Below are positions 26,113 to 39,101 of a stretch of DNA of 64,000 bases, piece after piece. Location: positions 199,518,001 to 199,582,000 of the forward strand of contig NC_058368.1 in assembly GCF_018350175.1 (NCBI RefSeq), in the 5' to 3' direction. Each line of letters begins with the position of its first letter. Position 1 is the first letter of the stretch. The position numbers and the translations under genes were made by a program. The notes under the pieces were generated by a model. That model saw only the letters and a list, made by a program, of their open reading frames with translations, was not told the DNA's origin and searched no databases. This DNA comes from Felis catus (taxonomy: Eukaryota).

Positions 26113-26744
26113 TTTGATTGCCTGCTAAATGTCAGGCATATTTTGTGCACTTGAGATACATCGGTAAGCAAAACAAAGATCCCTACTTTTGTGGAGCATA
26201 CTTCCCATGAAGAATCCTGGAATTTAAGCAATTATTTTTGAACTATTCTCTGTTTTCATCTGTAGGATGTAATATTACTTGGATAAAAAAGCATCTATAA
26301 ATAGGCAAAACCAAAGATGCCAATGATGCTAATTCATTTAAATGTAAATAAAATACTTAAAAGGCTACCAGAAATAGTTAAGAAACCTTGACTAAAATCC
26401 AGAGACAAAAATCTTCCGTGATTTATTTCAGGTTTAGTGTGTTTTATTTAATATGGTAGTTAAAATTTTATATCAAATCTAATCACAAAATGTTCATTCC
26501 ATTTATTCAGTTATCTTCTTATTTCATCTTATGGAATGATGAGTATAATTTAATATCTTAACAACTGATATTGGGTCAAAGTAATTTTTTGGTAGTGATC
26601 ACTAGGAGATATTTGGCATTGCTAATAATTTCATATTTTAAGTTTTCTTTACTTAGAATGACATTAAGTAGTAAATAAAAGCCCCATGACAAGTAGAGAG
26701 TGAGGTCTCAGAAGAATGGAGAAGAATAGTATGTTACTATCTTT

Positions 26745-26830
26745 AGCATCATCTTTTCCCTGGTTTTGAGCAAAAGGTCTTTCATTTGCGTTTTGCACTG
26801 GGCTCTGTAAATTATATGTATCTGACCCTG
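26745..26830. mobile_element. MER91-like hAT-Tip100 MITE end
   Basis: 'ttttgagcaaaagg...ttttgcactgggctctgtaaattatatgtatctgaccctg'. Confidence 0.5.
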
Positions 26831-27266
26831 GTGCTCCCTTTATTTGGGAAAAGGACCAACAAATAAGCAAAACATCACCCTTTCTGGGGAGTGAAGGGGA
26901 GATGGGGATGTAGGGGTAGACCAGGAGAGGGGCCAGAGTTCCATAGCTGTCTGGTTGTTTTCCTGGGGCAGGGTGGTAAGTTCAGTACAGCATGGTAGAC
27001 CTCTTGACTCCAGGCTATGTTCTCTAGTCCAGGTGTACCAATAACATAGTGACAGTTTGATGGCCATCTGACTTTGGTGTTGCTTTCTAAAATGGAAATA
27101 GAGAAAAATTTCAACAGAGAACTTTGCTTTCTCTCTTAGATAGAACTCAAAGTCTGAGGATATGTTTGTTGTAAAAAAATATTATTAGGAGACAATAGAA
27201 TAATAACCCTAATATTTTGAAAGTACTTTTACAGTTGTCATTACTAGATTCAGGGGACAGATTTTA

Positions 27267-27492
27267 TTTATTTACTTATTTTACTTTTTATTTTATTACT
27301 TATTTATTTTTTATTATTTTAGAAAGAGAGTAAGTGAGTGGGGAGAGGGGCAGAGGAAGAGAGGAGACAATCCCAAGCAGACTCCATGCTAAGTGCAGAG
27401 CCTGATACAGGGCTCAATCTCAACCCTGGGATCATGACCTGAGCTGAAATCAAGACTCAAATGCTCTACAGACTGAGTCACCCAGGTGCCCC
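27267..27492 (-). mobile_element. Can-SINE
   Basis: TSD caggggacagatttta (27251-27266) / cagggcatagatttta (27493-27508). Confidence 0.95.
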
Positions 27493-27554
27493 CAGGGCAT
27501 AGATTTTAGCATGAAGACAGGGAAGCTTCCTTGCTGGAATGGTTCAGTGACATT

Positions 27555-27785
27555 AGAGCAATATAGTGTAGTTGTTGAAATTTAATATGAGCTTATGGAA
27601 TTAGCCAGAACTGAAGTGGATCCAAGCTTCTGCCCCTTCCCAGTTATATGACTAAACATCTTTTTCCTCAGGCAGGCCTATCGCACAGGGGTGTTATAAG
27701 GAAGAAAAGAAGTAATACTGGGACATCCTTAGCACAGTGTATATTGTGAAAGTCCTCAATAAATAAATGTTAATTTATTATCATT
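27555..27785 (+). mobile_element. MIR SINE
   Basis: 'cctatcgcacaggggtgttataagga...cttagcacagtgt...gtcctcaataaat'. Confidence 0.6.
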
Positions 27786-27932
27786 GCTAAGATTTGGAAG
27801 TAATTTTACTCAGGAGAAATGATTCTTGCGTTATTTTCCACCCCCTTTCTAGACTCACCACTCCTCTCACTCCCTATATCTTTGCTCTCCCTCTCCCCTA
27901 ATGCAGTCACTTATTAAGAATATAGAATCATA

Positions 27933-28143
27933 GGGGCGCCTGGGTGGCTCAGTAGGTTAAGCATCCAATTTCGGCTCCGGTCATGATCTCATGGTTTGTG
28001 GGTTCAGGCCCTGCTGCGGGCTCTGTGCTAACAGCTCAGAGCCTGGAGCCTGCTTCCTATTCTGTGTCTCCCTCTCTCTCTGCCTCTCCCCGCTCACACT
28101 GTGTCTCTCAAAAATGAATAAACGTTAAAAAAATTAAAAAAAA
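27933..28143 (+). mobile_element. Can-SINE (SINEC_Fc-type)
   Basis: Canonical head and tail; flanking repeat atagaatcata / ataggatcata. Confidence 0.95.
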
Positions 28144-28319
28144 CCCCATAGGATCATAGGCCATGATTGCTGATGGAAGAATGCAGAAAAATATTCAGAC
28201 ACATTTAGATAATGTTCTGCCTCGAAAAGATGAGTGAAAACAGTGACTCTCAGACATTCTTCCAGTTTTGTTTGATGATTATCAGTACCCTTATGTAGTA
28301 TGTACTGGTTAATTCCTCC

Positions 28320-28625
28320 TCTCATCCATTTTTTTTTCCACAAGCATTTGCTGAGTGTCTACTTTCCAAGCACTCAAGGAAGTTGTAGTCTAATGGGTGA
28401 GCAACCACATAGTTTTAATGATGTGTCACTATATAGAAGGGCATAGTGAGTACTGGGAGAGCGTGTGGGATGTCATACCTTTGCAGTCTTAGTGATTTTT
28501 GGAATGCTTCCTGGAATTGATAACAAGTTAGCTGAATTTCTTGAAGCAAGAATAGAAGTTAGCCAGGTGGGTAAAGTGTTGCTGGTTTAAAGAGATGCAA
28601 GTGTAAAACATGGAATTCTGTGCAA
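28320..28625 (-). mobile_element. LINE-2 3' fragment
   Basis: 'caagcatttgctgagtgtctact...ctcaaggaagttgtagtctaatggg'. Confidence 0.6.
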
Positions 28626-29119
28626 ATTTTGTGGGTTTAGAGACTAAAGATTGAACAGTAACCACTTATTTTCCCTTGTTTTACTAAGCACATTTTCCAT
28701 TCATTGCTTTATATATCATGATTTCCCCAAAATAAGAATTAGAGACTCTTTTGTCTCTAAACAAAATGGTTAAAATAAACTTAGATAAGAAAAGATCTCT
28801 TTGGTCTAAAATAATTTTGTTAGGTATTTCATATACTTAGAACTGGTGAAAAATAGTACCCTGATATTATTGCTTCATATCTCTTTATTAAATGATTTAG
28901 TCTATATTGATTGTTTTTCTTGAGAAAACCTACTTTAGTCAGATGTCATGCTTATGAAGCAATGGATTTATCACATAAATACTGCCATTACCTCACTGTA
29001 ATGACTCATCATTCCAGACCCTGGACTTTATATCCCTTTGAATGACTTATGTTACTTATTTGTGGAAATTCCAGTGAGGTGGAATCCAATTTTTATTTTT
29101 ACTTTCTATTCATGATTTT

Positions 29120-29540
29120 GCTATTTAGTCATACTTCCTCAACAAGTACATATTGATCATTTATTCTATTCCAGGCACTGTGCCAGATACTGGGAATTAA
29201 ACCACGAACAAGAAGCCTCTGCTTATCAGCAATTGACACTCTAATCTATGTGCTTAGCAATGGAAATGTGGATGGGGTCTGAAGCAGGAGTAGAATGAGT
29301 GGGGAGTAAAAATGAAGAGAGGTTAAAAGACTGTTGAATGCAGCTGTAATGTAGGCAATGGACGGGACGATGCACAGGCTGATTTGGGGGTACACAAGAG
29401 AGAAAAATATACCAGCTAAATTAAACTAGAGAAGAAGGGAAAGAGGAAAAGATAGATTGCAAGAAACTTTAATGTTTAGATTCTATAGAGATTCACTGGT
29501 AAAAGAAGTCCCAGTGGGGTGAGTGAGGTCTGGGATTTTA
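29120..29540 (-). mobile_element. LINE-2 fragments
   Basis: 'ctattccaggcactgtgccagatactgggaat' followed by purine-rich body. Confidence 0.6.
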
Positions 29541-29573
29541 TAATCTCATTCAGTTCTCTAGAAAAATCAACCT

Positions 29574-29607
<34 letters not shown>

Positions 29608-29632
29608 GTAAACAACAACAACAACAACAAAA
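29574..29632. repeat. Interrupted (AAC)n microsatellite
   Basis: Directly visible. Confidence 0.95.
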
Positions 29633-29654
29633 AGCATTGCTATGATCAGCCCGT

Positions 29655-29742
29655 TTGCAGAATCATGAACAAATAGATGGTTGTTATTTTAGATCACCAT
29701 GGTTTGGGGTGGTCTGTTACACAGTAACAGATAACATGGACA
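29655..29742 (+). mobile_element. MLT1 (MaLR) LTR 3' end fragment
   Basis: 'cagaatcatgaacaaatagatggttgttatttta...ggtttggggtggtctgttacacagtaacagataac'. Confidence 0.7.
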
Positions 29743-30353
29743 CCTGGGCTATTTATCCATCTAAGCACAAGTTCCTTCACAAATCCACTCTTCCATATCA
29801 TCCATTTGGAAAATCTCTTTCACAGGCAGTGTCGATATATTATCCTCAGGGAGCTAGATCAAGAAAATTTTGTCGTTATCTAACACCCCTTCTTGCTTTC
29901 CTACTCTTCCCAGTTTCAGCAAACACTCTGTGGCCTGAAATACTATGGAGTAGAGGGAGATCTTTAGGGAGTATGGGAGACTCCAATCCACGTTATAATT
30001 TTCCTCTTGGTTTTATTTCAATGCAGTTTGTTGTGTTCTAATTAAAAGGGCCACAGGCAAATAAGAATGTCCCTAAACAATTAAAATAATTGTGTTTATT
30101 GTGTGCCAACAAGAAAGCATATTTTTTAGGGTAATAAAAGACAAGACTTATTTTTTCCTTTATAGAGCAGTTAATTAGACCAGGAGTGTGAACAGCCCTT
30201 AAATCATCTCTAGTTCCATCTGAGGCGTAAGTGGTAAATGATACCAAAGAAAGAACCAAGGTTATATGGGATGGAACAGAGAGCAGCTCCTTCAAGGATC
30301 GGTTTTTGTATTAGAAGAGGAACAACTGGGCTGTCTTAAAGAGAAAATTTTCT

Positions 30354-30549
30354 CTTTTTTTAACGTTTGTTTATTTTTTGAGAGACAGAGTGTGAGTGGG
30401 GGAGGGGCAGAGAGAGAAGGAGTCAGAAGCAGGCTTCAGGCTCTGAGCTGTCAGGGCAAAGCCTGACGCGTGGCTCGAACCCACAAACCATGAGATCATG
30501 ACCTGAGCTGAAGTCAGACACTCAACTGACTGAGCCACCCAGGTGCCCC
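30354..30549 (-). mobile_element. Can-SINE (SINEC_Fc-type)
   Basis: 17-bp TSD taaagagaaaattttct (30337-30353) / taaagagataattttct (30550-30566). Confidence 0.96.
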
Positions 30550-31811
30550 TAAAGAGATAATTTTCTACATATGAATGTGATTTGACTTTTAAAAGGAACT
30601 GAAGTATAGGTAAGGGTGGATCTGAATCTATCATCTTTTTCAGGAAGATCATTTAAAAAATTCCCTTAATTATGTACCCCCAAATTATGAGTTGTCTTCA
30701 GTTATATTTTGCAATAGCAAATGGCAAATTTTGCTGAGAGAAGCAGTCTTAACTCCGACAAGGTAGTTCTCCAGAGTCTTATTACACAACACGAGATTAC
30801 AGAATCAGCACTTATTCTGGAAGTTTGCAAGTTTGTGCTGAAGTGACCCTCCCTAAGCCTTGAGTATTTGGCAGAGAATGGGATATAAAAGGCAAACAAA
30901 GTTCAGCTATTTATTTCTTTATTAACTAAATGTAACCTAACCAGAATCCAAATGATGACTCCATAGCAATGGACTAAATTTGCTTTGCAAAAATTTGATG
31001 AAATATTTGATCATATGATAACATTTGCCATTACATCATTGAAACTTGAAACAAGTATGAAAGAACAGCGCTGTCTTATCACTCCTAAACACTAGTATAA
31101 GTTGTCTTTGATACTGAGTTCTATTTATATGACTTATGTAGTTAAATTTCTCTGGGAAAAAAAGTTTTATTATGCACTGGACGTTATTCAGGGTGATTTC
31201 TAACTTAAAACTCTCTTGGCAGCATTCTCAATAACATGCCCTCTTGCCCTGCTGACACCCATCTATTCAGCAAACCTTTAATCAACTCAGATGTTTGCCT
31301 ATGCTCCTTCAACTTGGCTGCCAAAAGAAGTGATACAATTGCACCAAATGGTGCTACTGAAAATTTGTAGACACATTTCAGTTTAGTGCCACAAGTTTTT
31401 TTCACACCCTTGTTCAGTTCTTGAACTAACTCACCAAAGGAATGATTCCAAATTATTATTATTATTATCATTTTGCTTAAGTACAGTGTATACTCCTATC
31501 TTCAGTGAAGTGAAGGTGTTGAGAATTTGGAACTTTCAAATATGGCTAATTAGCTTTAAGCTGGTACAATATTTTTTGAGGGGTATATTGGCATAAATTA
31601 TCACATTTTTAACCTCAGACTTTTACTTCTGACCATGATGAAACAATAATGACTTCACTTCTTTTTTTTCCCTCAACATTTGGCTATTTTTATATCTTTC
31701 TTTTATATTTATAAGAGCCTTAAATTTGATAGATACCATTGTTTGGTTTGTCATGTATATTGCAAGTATTTTCCATAATTTCTGCTTTGTTTCATAATTT
31801 TATTTATGATG

Positions 31812-32072
31812 ATTGGAACTAAGGTGAGGCAAGTGAGATGCCTAGTGTGAAAATGTTAAGGTTCTGACCTTGCATTTGCATGACTGCAAAAGCGAATGCC
31901 TCTTTTTTTTTTTTTTGAAGAGTTTTAAAAGCAATCTCTACACCTAACATGGGGCTTGAACTTAAAACCCTCAGATCAAGAGTCGCATGCTCTCCCAACT
32001 GAGCCAGCCAGCACCCTTGTGTGAATACCTCAAGAGTAAGATGCCAGACGCTTCACCCTGGTTCTGACCCTG
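31812..32072. mobile_element. MER96-like palindromic hAT MITE split by a short SINE
   Basis: Left 'ggaactaaggtgaggcaagtgag' is complementary to right 'cttcaccctggttctgaccctg'. Confidence 0.6.
31903..32017 (-). mobile_element. Short tRNA-like Can-SINE lacking the (CT)n tract (SINEC_old-like)
   Basis: Poly(T) plus 'ggggcttgaactt...agatcaagagtcgcatgctctcccaactgagccagccag'; TSD gcgaatgcctc / gtgaatacctc. Confidence 0.85.
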
Positions 32073-32287
32073 TTATTTATGATACTTCTGCTGTAAACAG
32101 TTAGAAGTGGGCCAATATAGGAAATACCTGCTTTTAGACAGTGCAAAACTTGATGTCTAAGAAAAGGAAAACAACGTGTCTGATGCACTTTCTGTATCAC
32201 TGTGTAGGGAGGAGACCCCAGAAAACCATATTTCAGTTTCACTAAGTTGAGGAAACAGCGATGAGAGTTCATGGTAGTTGAGACAAC

Positions 32288-34535
32288 AGGAAATGTGATG
32301 CCTCTGGCTTTGCTTTTTCTCAAAATTGATTTGGTTATTCAGGGTCTCTTGTGGTTTCATATAGATTTTAGGATTGTTTTTTCCATTTTCCATTTCCAAC
32401 ATGCCATTGGAAGTTTGGTAGGGATTGTGTCAAATCTGTAGATTGCTTTGGGTAGGTAGTATGGATACTTGAACAGTATTTATTTTTCAAGTCCATGAAC
32501 ATAGGGTATCATTCCATTTATTTATCCCCTTCACTTTCTTTCCTCAATGTCATATGGTTTTCAGTTTTTAGATTTCTCATCTCCTTGGTTAAATTTATTC
32601 CTAGGAATATTTTATTCTCTCTGATGCTACTGTAAATAGGATTGTTTTCTTAATTTTCTTTTTCAGATAGTTCACTATTGGTGTATAGAAATGCAACTGA
32701 CTTTTGTATATTTATTTTGTATGCTGATTTTATTATTACTAATAGTTTTTTGGTGGAGTCTTTAGGGTGTAAAGATCATGTCATCTGCAAATAGATGTCA
32801 AATCTTCTCTGTGTAATGTAAGATCATGTCATCTGAAAATAGAGACAACTTACTTCTTCCTTTCCAATTTGAATGATGTTTACATATTTTTCTTGCCTAA
32901 TTTCTCTGGCTAAGACTTCCAGTAGCATGCTGAGTAAAAGGAGTGAGAGTAGGCACATTTGTCTTCTTGATCTTAGAGGAAAAGCTTTTAGTGTTTCACC
33001 ATTGAGTAGGATGTTGGCTGTGAGCTTGTCATATATGGTCTTTATTATGTTGAGGTACATTCCTTCTATATCTAATCTGTTGGGAGTTTTTTTTTTTTAT
33101 CATGAATGGATGTGTTATTTTGCCAAATGCTTTTTCTGCATCTATTAAGATGGTCAGATGATTTTATCCTTCATTTTGTTAATGTGATTTATTGATCTGC
33201 ATATGTGGAACCATTCTTGAAACTTAAGGATAAATCCCATTTGATTATGGTGTTTGATCCTTTTAATGTACTGATGAATTTGGTTTGTTATTTTGTTGAA
33301 GATATTTTTCATCATGTTTATCAGTGATATTGGCCTGTAATTTTCTTTTCTTGTAGTGATATTATCTGGCTTTGGTATAAGGATAATGCTGGCCTTGTAA
33401 AATGAGTTTGAAAGTATTCCTTCTTCTTCAGTTTTCAGCGTTTGAGAAGAATTGACATTAATTTTTCTTTATGTGTTTGGTAGGATTCTCCAGTGAATTC
33501 TCCATTTGGTCCTGGGCTTTCTTCAATCTCTTTACTCATTATTGGCGTGTTCAGATATTCTGCTTTTTCATGATTCAGTTTTGATAGGTTGTATATTTCT
33601 AGGAGTGTATCTATTTCTTCTAGGTTATCCAACTTGTTTGGAATATAATTTTTCATAGTACAATTGACCCTTGAACACAAATGGGTTTGAACTGTATGGG
33701 TCCACTTATGTGGATTTTTAACAGTACAGTACTATAAGTGTATTTTTCTTCCTTATGATTATCTTAATAACATCTTTTCATTATAACTTTATTGTAAGGA
33801 TACAGTGTATCACATATACATATACAATGTATATCACAAAAGATGTTGTTAGTGATTACTACTGTTATCAGTATGGCTTCTGGTTAACAGTAGACAGTAG
33901 TTATTAGTCAAAAGTTGTATGTGAATGCTGTACTGTATAGGGGGGTCAGCACTTCCAACCCCTGGCCCCTTATTCAAGAGTCAACTATAGTTTCTTATGA
34001 TCCTATGTATTTCTGTGATATCAGTTGTAATGTCTTCTCTTTCATTTATAATTTTATTTATTTGTGTTTTCTCTCTTTTTTCTTAGTCTAGATAAAGGTT
34101 TGTCAGTGTAATTTATTTATTTATTTTTTTGCAAAACTCACTCTCAGTTTCATTGATCTTTTCTATTGTCTGAGTTTCTATTTTATTTATTTCTGCTTTA
34201 ATGTTACTATTTTCTTCCTTTGGCTAACTTTGGATATAGTTTGTTCTTTTCCTAATTCCTTGAAGTATAATGTTAAGTTGTTTATTTGAGATCTTTCTTT
34301 TTTCTTAATATAGGCATTTATTGCTATATGCTTTTTTTTTTAGAACTGCTTTTTCTGCATTTCATACATTTTTATATGCTGTGTTTGCATTTTCATTTAT
34401 TTCTGGATACTTTTTGATTTCCCTTTTAATTTCTTCTTTAACCCATTGGTTGTCCAAAAGTGTGTTGTTTAATTTCCACATATTTGTAAATTTTCCAATT
34501 TTCCTGTCATTGACATCTACTTTTGTATCCATCTA
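32288..34535 (-). mobile_element. Old L1 ORF2 fragment (L1MA-like), interrupted by a Tigger MITE
   Basis: ORF-track peptides '[30 protein letters not shown]' and 'NKLDNLEEIDTLLEIYNLSKLN...SPGPNG.FTGE'; many frameshifts. Confidence 0.92.
33661..33987. mobile_element. Tigger2a/MER8-family TcMar-Tigger MITE
   Basis: TIRs caattgacccttgaa / ttcaagagtcaacta flanked by TA on both sides; L1 sequence 'ttcatagta|gttttcttatgatcc' resumes after it. Confidence 0.88.
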
Positions 34536-34539
34536 TTAG

Positions 34540-36385
34540 ACTTTTATACAACACTCTGCACAACATTAGGAGATAGTTCATTATTTTCAAGTGCACTTGG
34601 AATGTTCCATAAGATAGATCATGTGCTGGAACATAAAATAGGTGTCAATAATTTTAAAATGATAGGAATCACAGAGTATGTTTTCTGATCACAACAGAAT
34701 TAAACTAGAAATCAATGATAAAATATTTCCTGGAAAATTCTTAAATATTTTGAAATTAATGAACACTTTAAAAAATAACAATTGAAAAGAAGAAATCACT
34801 AGGGAAATTAAAAATATTTTAACTTAATGAATATAAAGACACAGTACGTAAAATTTTGTTGGATGCAGCTAGAGCAATGCTGAGAGAAATTTATAGCTTA
34901 ATAATGTTCACATTAAAGTGAAGAAACATTTATAATCAGTAATCTACATTTCCATCTTATGAAGCTAGAAAAATAAAAACAAATTAAGGATAATGTAGAA
35001 GAAAAGATATTAATGAAGCTAGAGTAGAAATCAAGGAGAATATAGACAAAACAAATGGAGAAAATCAATGAAACCAAGAGTGGGATGCTTGAAAACATTA
35101 AGTAAAATTGATAAACCTCTAGCTAGAGTGATCAAGGAAAGAGGGAAAGAGACAACTTATAAATATTAGGAATGAAAGAGAGGATAGCACTATAGATACT
35201 ACAGAAATTAAAACAACTTTTGAATGTGAATATCCCTATATATAGTAAAGAAATTGAATAAGTAAATTCCTTTCTGCAAAGAAAAGTACAGTACCAAGTG
35301 GCTTTACTGGTAAATTCTGCCAAATATTCTACCAAATAATGCCAATCATACCAACTCTTTCAGAAAATAGAGTAGAAGGGAATAACTTTCAACTAATTTT
35401 ATTGGCCGGCATTACCTTGATCCCCAAACCAAAGAATTACAAAAGATGAAGACTACAGACAAATATCCCTTATGAACATAGATGTAAAAATCCTTAACAC
35501 AATATTAGAAAACTGAATCCAGTTATGTCTGAAAAGGGCAATACACCATGTATTGAAAAGGTCATGCGTAGTTTATCTCAGAAAAATGTTGGTTTAACAT
35601 TAGAGAATCAATGTGTTATTTACCATATAAATAATAAAACATAAAAACAATATAATTATTTCAATAGATACATAATAAATGTTTGATGAAGTTTAACATT
35701 CATTTATGATAAAGTTATCCAGCAAACTATGAATGAAAGAGAATCCCTTAAAATGAAAAGAAAATGTATGAAAATATAAATCATTATATTTAAAAAATGG
35801 ATTCCTAAGATAGGGAATGAAGCAAGGTTGTTTGCTTCCACCACTTCTATTATCATTTTTTTTAAATAATTTTTTAAATGTTTATTTATATGAGAGAGAG
35901 AGAGACAGAGTGTGAGCAGGGGAGGGGCAGAGAGAGAGGGAGACACAGAATCTGAAGCAGGCTCCAGGCTCCAAGCTGTCAGCGGAGAGCCTAACGTGGG
36001 GCTCAAACTCACAAACTGTGAGATCATGACCTGAGCTGAAGTTGGATGCTTAACTGACTGAGCCACCCAGGTGCCCCACTTCTGTTACCATTTTATTGAA
36101 GAGCTTAACCAGTGCAAAAAGGCAAGAAAATAAAGGAAGAGGCATACAGAATGGAAAAGAAGTAAATTTGTTTCTAGTTTCATATGACGTGATTGCTTGT
36201 GTAGAAAATATTAAGGAATCTACACTTGCCAGACCCGAAGGAAAATTAGCAAGGTGTTTAGATACATGGTTTATTTACAAAAGTTAATTGCATTTATATA
36301 TACAAGCAATAAACACTTTTAAAGTGAAATTTCAAAAATTTGATTTTTAATACTCAAAACAGAATATTTTAATATTTAATTTAAT
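34540..36385 (+). mobile_element. Older L1 ORF2 fragment (endonuclease end to RT), plus strand
   Basis: 'aagatagatcatgtgctgg', 'aaaattgataaacctctagctag', 'aatatcccttatgaacatagatgtaaaaatccttaac'; several internal deletions. Confidence 0.88.
35860..36076 (-). mobile_element. Can-SINE (SINEC_Fc-type) within L1
   Basis: TSD cacttctattatcatttt / cacttctgttaccatttt. Confidence 0.96.
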
Positions 36386-36467
36386 AAAACCAGAAGCATT
36401 TTGATATAATCAGAAAAAGTTATCAAGATAAATCAAGATAGTCTGTTTTTAAACAGTTTACATTGTG

Positions 36468-36700
36468 TTTATTTTTATTGAGATATAATTGATTTACAAT
36501 ATTATATAAGTTTAAGATGCACACAGTGTGTTGATTTGATATATTTATATATTACATTTATTTTTAAGTTCTTTATTGTATAAAATATGCATAACAATAT
36601 TTACCATTTTAGCTATTTTTAAGTGTACAGTTCAGTGCATTAAGTATACTTATATTATTGTGCAACCATCTATAGAACTTTTTCATGTTCTCAAGCCGAA
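36468..36700 (-). mobile_element. Two stacked short old L1 3' ends (L1MA- and L1MB-like)
   Basis: 'tttttattgagatataattga...' and 'tttaccattttagctatttttaagtgtacagttcagtgcattaagta'. Confidence 0.7.
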
Positions 36701-39101
36701 TCTATTTTTTTTTTAAGTGTTAATTTAATTCCAGTTAGTTAACATACAGTGTTATATTAGTTTCAGGTGTGCAATAGAGTGGTTCAACAATTCCATACAT
36801 CATCTGGTGCTCATCAGGACAAGTGCCCTCCATCACAAGTGCCCTCCTTAATCCTCTTCACCTGTTTAACCCATCTCCTCACCCTCCTCCCCTCTTGTAA
36901 CCATCAGTTTGTTCTCTGTAGTTAAGAGTATGCTTCCTGGTTTGTCTCTCCCTCTTTTCTTCCCCTTTGCTTGTTTGTTTTATTTCTTAAATTCCATATA
37001 ATAGTGAAATTATATGGTATTTGTCTTTCTCTGACTGACTTATTTCACTTAGCATTATACTCTCTAACACCATCCACATTGTTGCAAATGGCAAGATTTC
37101 ATTCTTTTTTTATGGCCATATAATATTCCATTGTGTGTATATGCCACATCTTCTTTATCTATTCATCAGTCAATGGATACTTGACTGCTCCCATAATTTG
37201 GCTATTGTAAATAATGCTCCTGTAAACATAGGGGTTGATGTATTCCTTTGAATTAGTGTTTTTGCATTCTTTGGGTAAATACACAGTATTGCAATTCCTG
37301 AATTGTAGGGTAGTTCTATTTTTAACCTTTTGAGGAACCTCCATACTGTTTTCTGCAGTGGTTAACAACAGTTTGTATTCCCACCAACAGTGCAAGAGGG
37401 TTCCTTTTTTTCCACGTCCCCGCCAACACCTTTTGTTTCTTGTGTTGTTAATTTTAGTCATTCTGACAGGTGTGAAGTTATAGCCCCTTGTAGTTTTTAT
37501 TTTCCTTTCCCTGATGGTACTTTGGTACTTACCATGAGCATCTTTTTATGTGTCTCGACCATCTGTATGTCTTCTTTGGAGACATGTCTGTTCATGTCTT
37601 CTGCCTATTTTTTAATTGGATTATTTGTTTTTTGGGTGTTCAGTTTTACAAGTTCTTTATATATTTTGGATACTGACCCTTTATTGGATATGTCATTTGG
37701 AAATATCTTCTCCCATTCTATAGGTTGCTTTTTAGTTTTATTGATTATTTCCTTTGCTGTAAAGAAACCTTCTATTTTTATGAGGTCCCCATAGTTTATT
37801 TTTCCTTTTGTTTCCATCACCTCAGGAGACATATCTAGGCAAAAGTTGCTATGTCCAGTGTCAAGGAAATTACTCCTGTGTTCTCTTCTAGGATTTTTAT
37901 GGTTTCAGGTCTCACATTTAGGCCTTTAATCAATTTTGAGTTTATTTTTGTATATGGTGTAAGAAAGTTTCACTTTTTATGTTGCAGTCCAATTTTCCCA
38001 ACACCATTTGTTGAAGAGACTGTGTTTTTCCCATTGGATATTCTTTCGTGCTTTATTGAAGGTTATTGAACATATAATTGTGGGTTTATTTCTGTGTTTA
38101 CTATTCTGTTCTATTCATCTGTGTTTCTGTTTTCATGTCAGTACCATGCTGTTTTAATTGCTACAGCTTTGTAATATAACTTGAAGTCCAGAACTGTGAT
38201 GCCTCCAGCTTTACCTTTCTTTTTCAAGCTTGCTTTGGCTATTTGGGGTCTTTGTGATTCCATAAAAAAAATTAAGATTATTTGTTCTAGTTCTGTGAAA
38301 AATGCTGTTGGTATTTTGATAGGGATTGCATTAAATGTGTGGATTGCTTTGGTTACTATAGATATTTTAACCATATTTGTTCTTCCAACCCATGAGCATA
38401 GAATGTTTTTCCATTTGTTTGTATAGTCTTCAATTTCTTTCATCAGTGTTTTACACTTTTCAGAGTACAGGTCTTTTACCTCTTTGGGTAGTTTTATTCC
38501 TAGGTATCTTATTATTTTTGGTGCAATTGTAAATGGGATCGATTTCTTGATGTCTCTTCCTGCTGCTTCATTATTGGTGTATAGAAATACAACAGATTTC
38601 TGTACATTGATTTTGTATACTGTGACTTTACTGAATTTATATATGAGTTTTAGCAGTTTTTTGATGGAGTGTTTTGGGTTTTCTACCTACAGTATCATGT
38701 CATCTGCAAACAGTAAAAGTTTTACTTCTTCTTTACAAATTTGGATGCCTTGTCTGATTGCTGTGGCTAGGACATTCAGTACAATGTTGAATAAAAGTAG
38801 TGACAATAGACATTATTCTCTTGTTTCTGGCCTTGGGGGAAAAGCTGTTTTTCTCCATTAAGGATGTTGTTAGCTGTGGGCTTTTCATATATGGCCTTTA
38901 TTATGTTGATGTATGTTCCCTGTAAACCCACTTTGTTGAGGGTTTTTATCATGAGTAGGTGTTGTACTTTGTCAAATGCTTTTTCAGCATCTGTTGAAAT
39001 GATCATATGATTCTTATCCTTTCTCTTGTTGAGTGATGTATTATGTTGATTGATTTGCAAGTATTGAACCACTCTTGCAACCCAGGAATAAATGCATTTT
39101 A

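Noticed and set aside
32768..32842. Repeated 'aagatcatgtcatctg.aaataga' with a short spacer, superficially repeat-spacer-repeat
   Set aside because: Only two copies inside L1 ORF2; a local duplication, not a CRISPR-like array in a mammalian genome.
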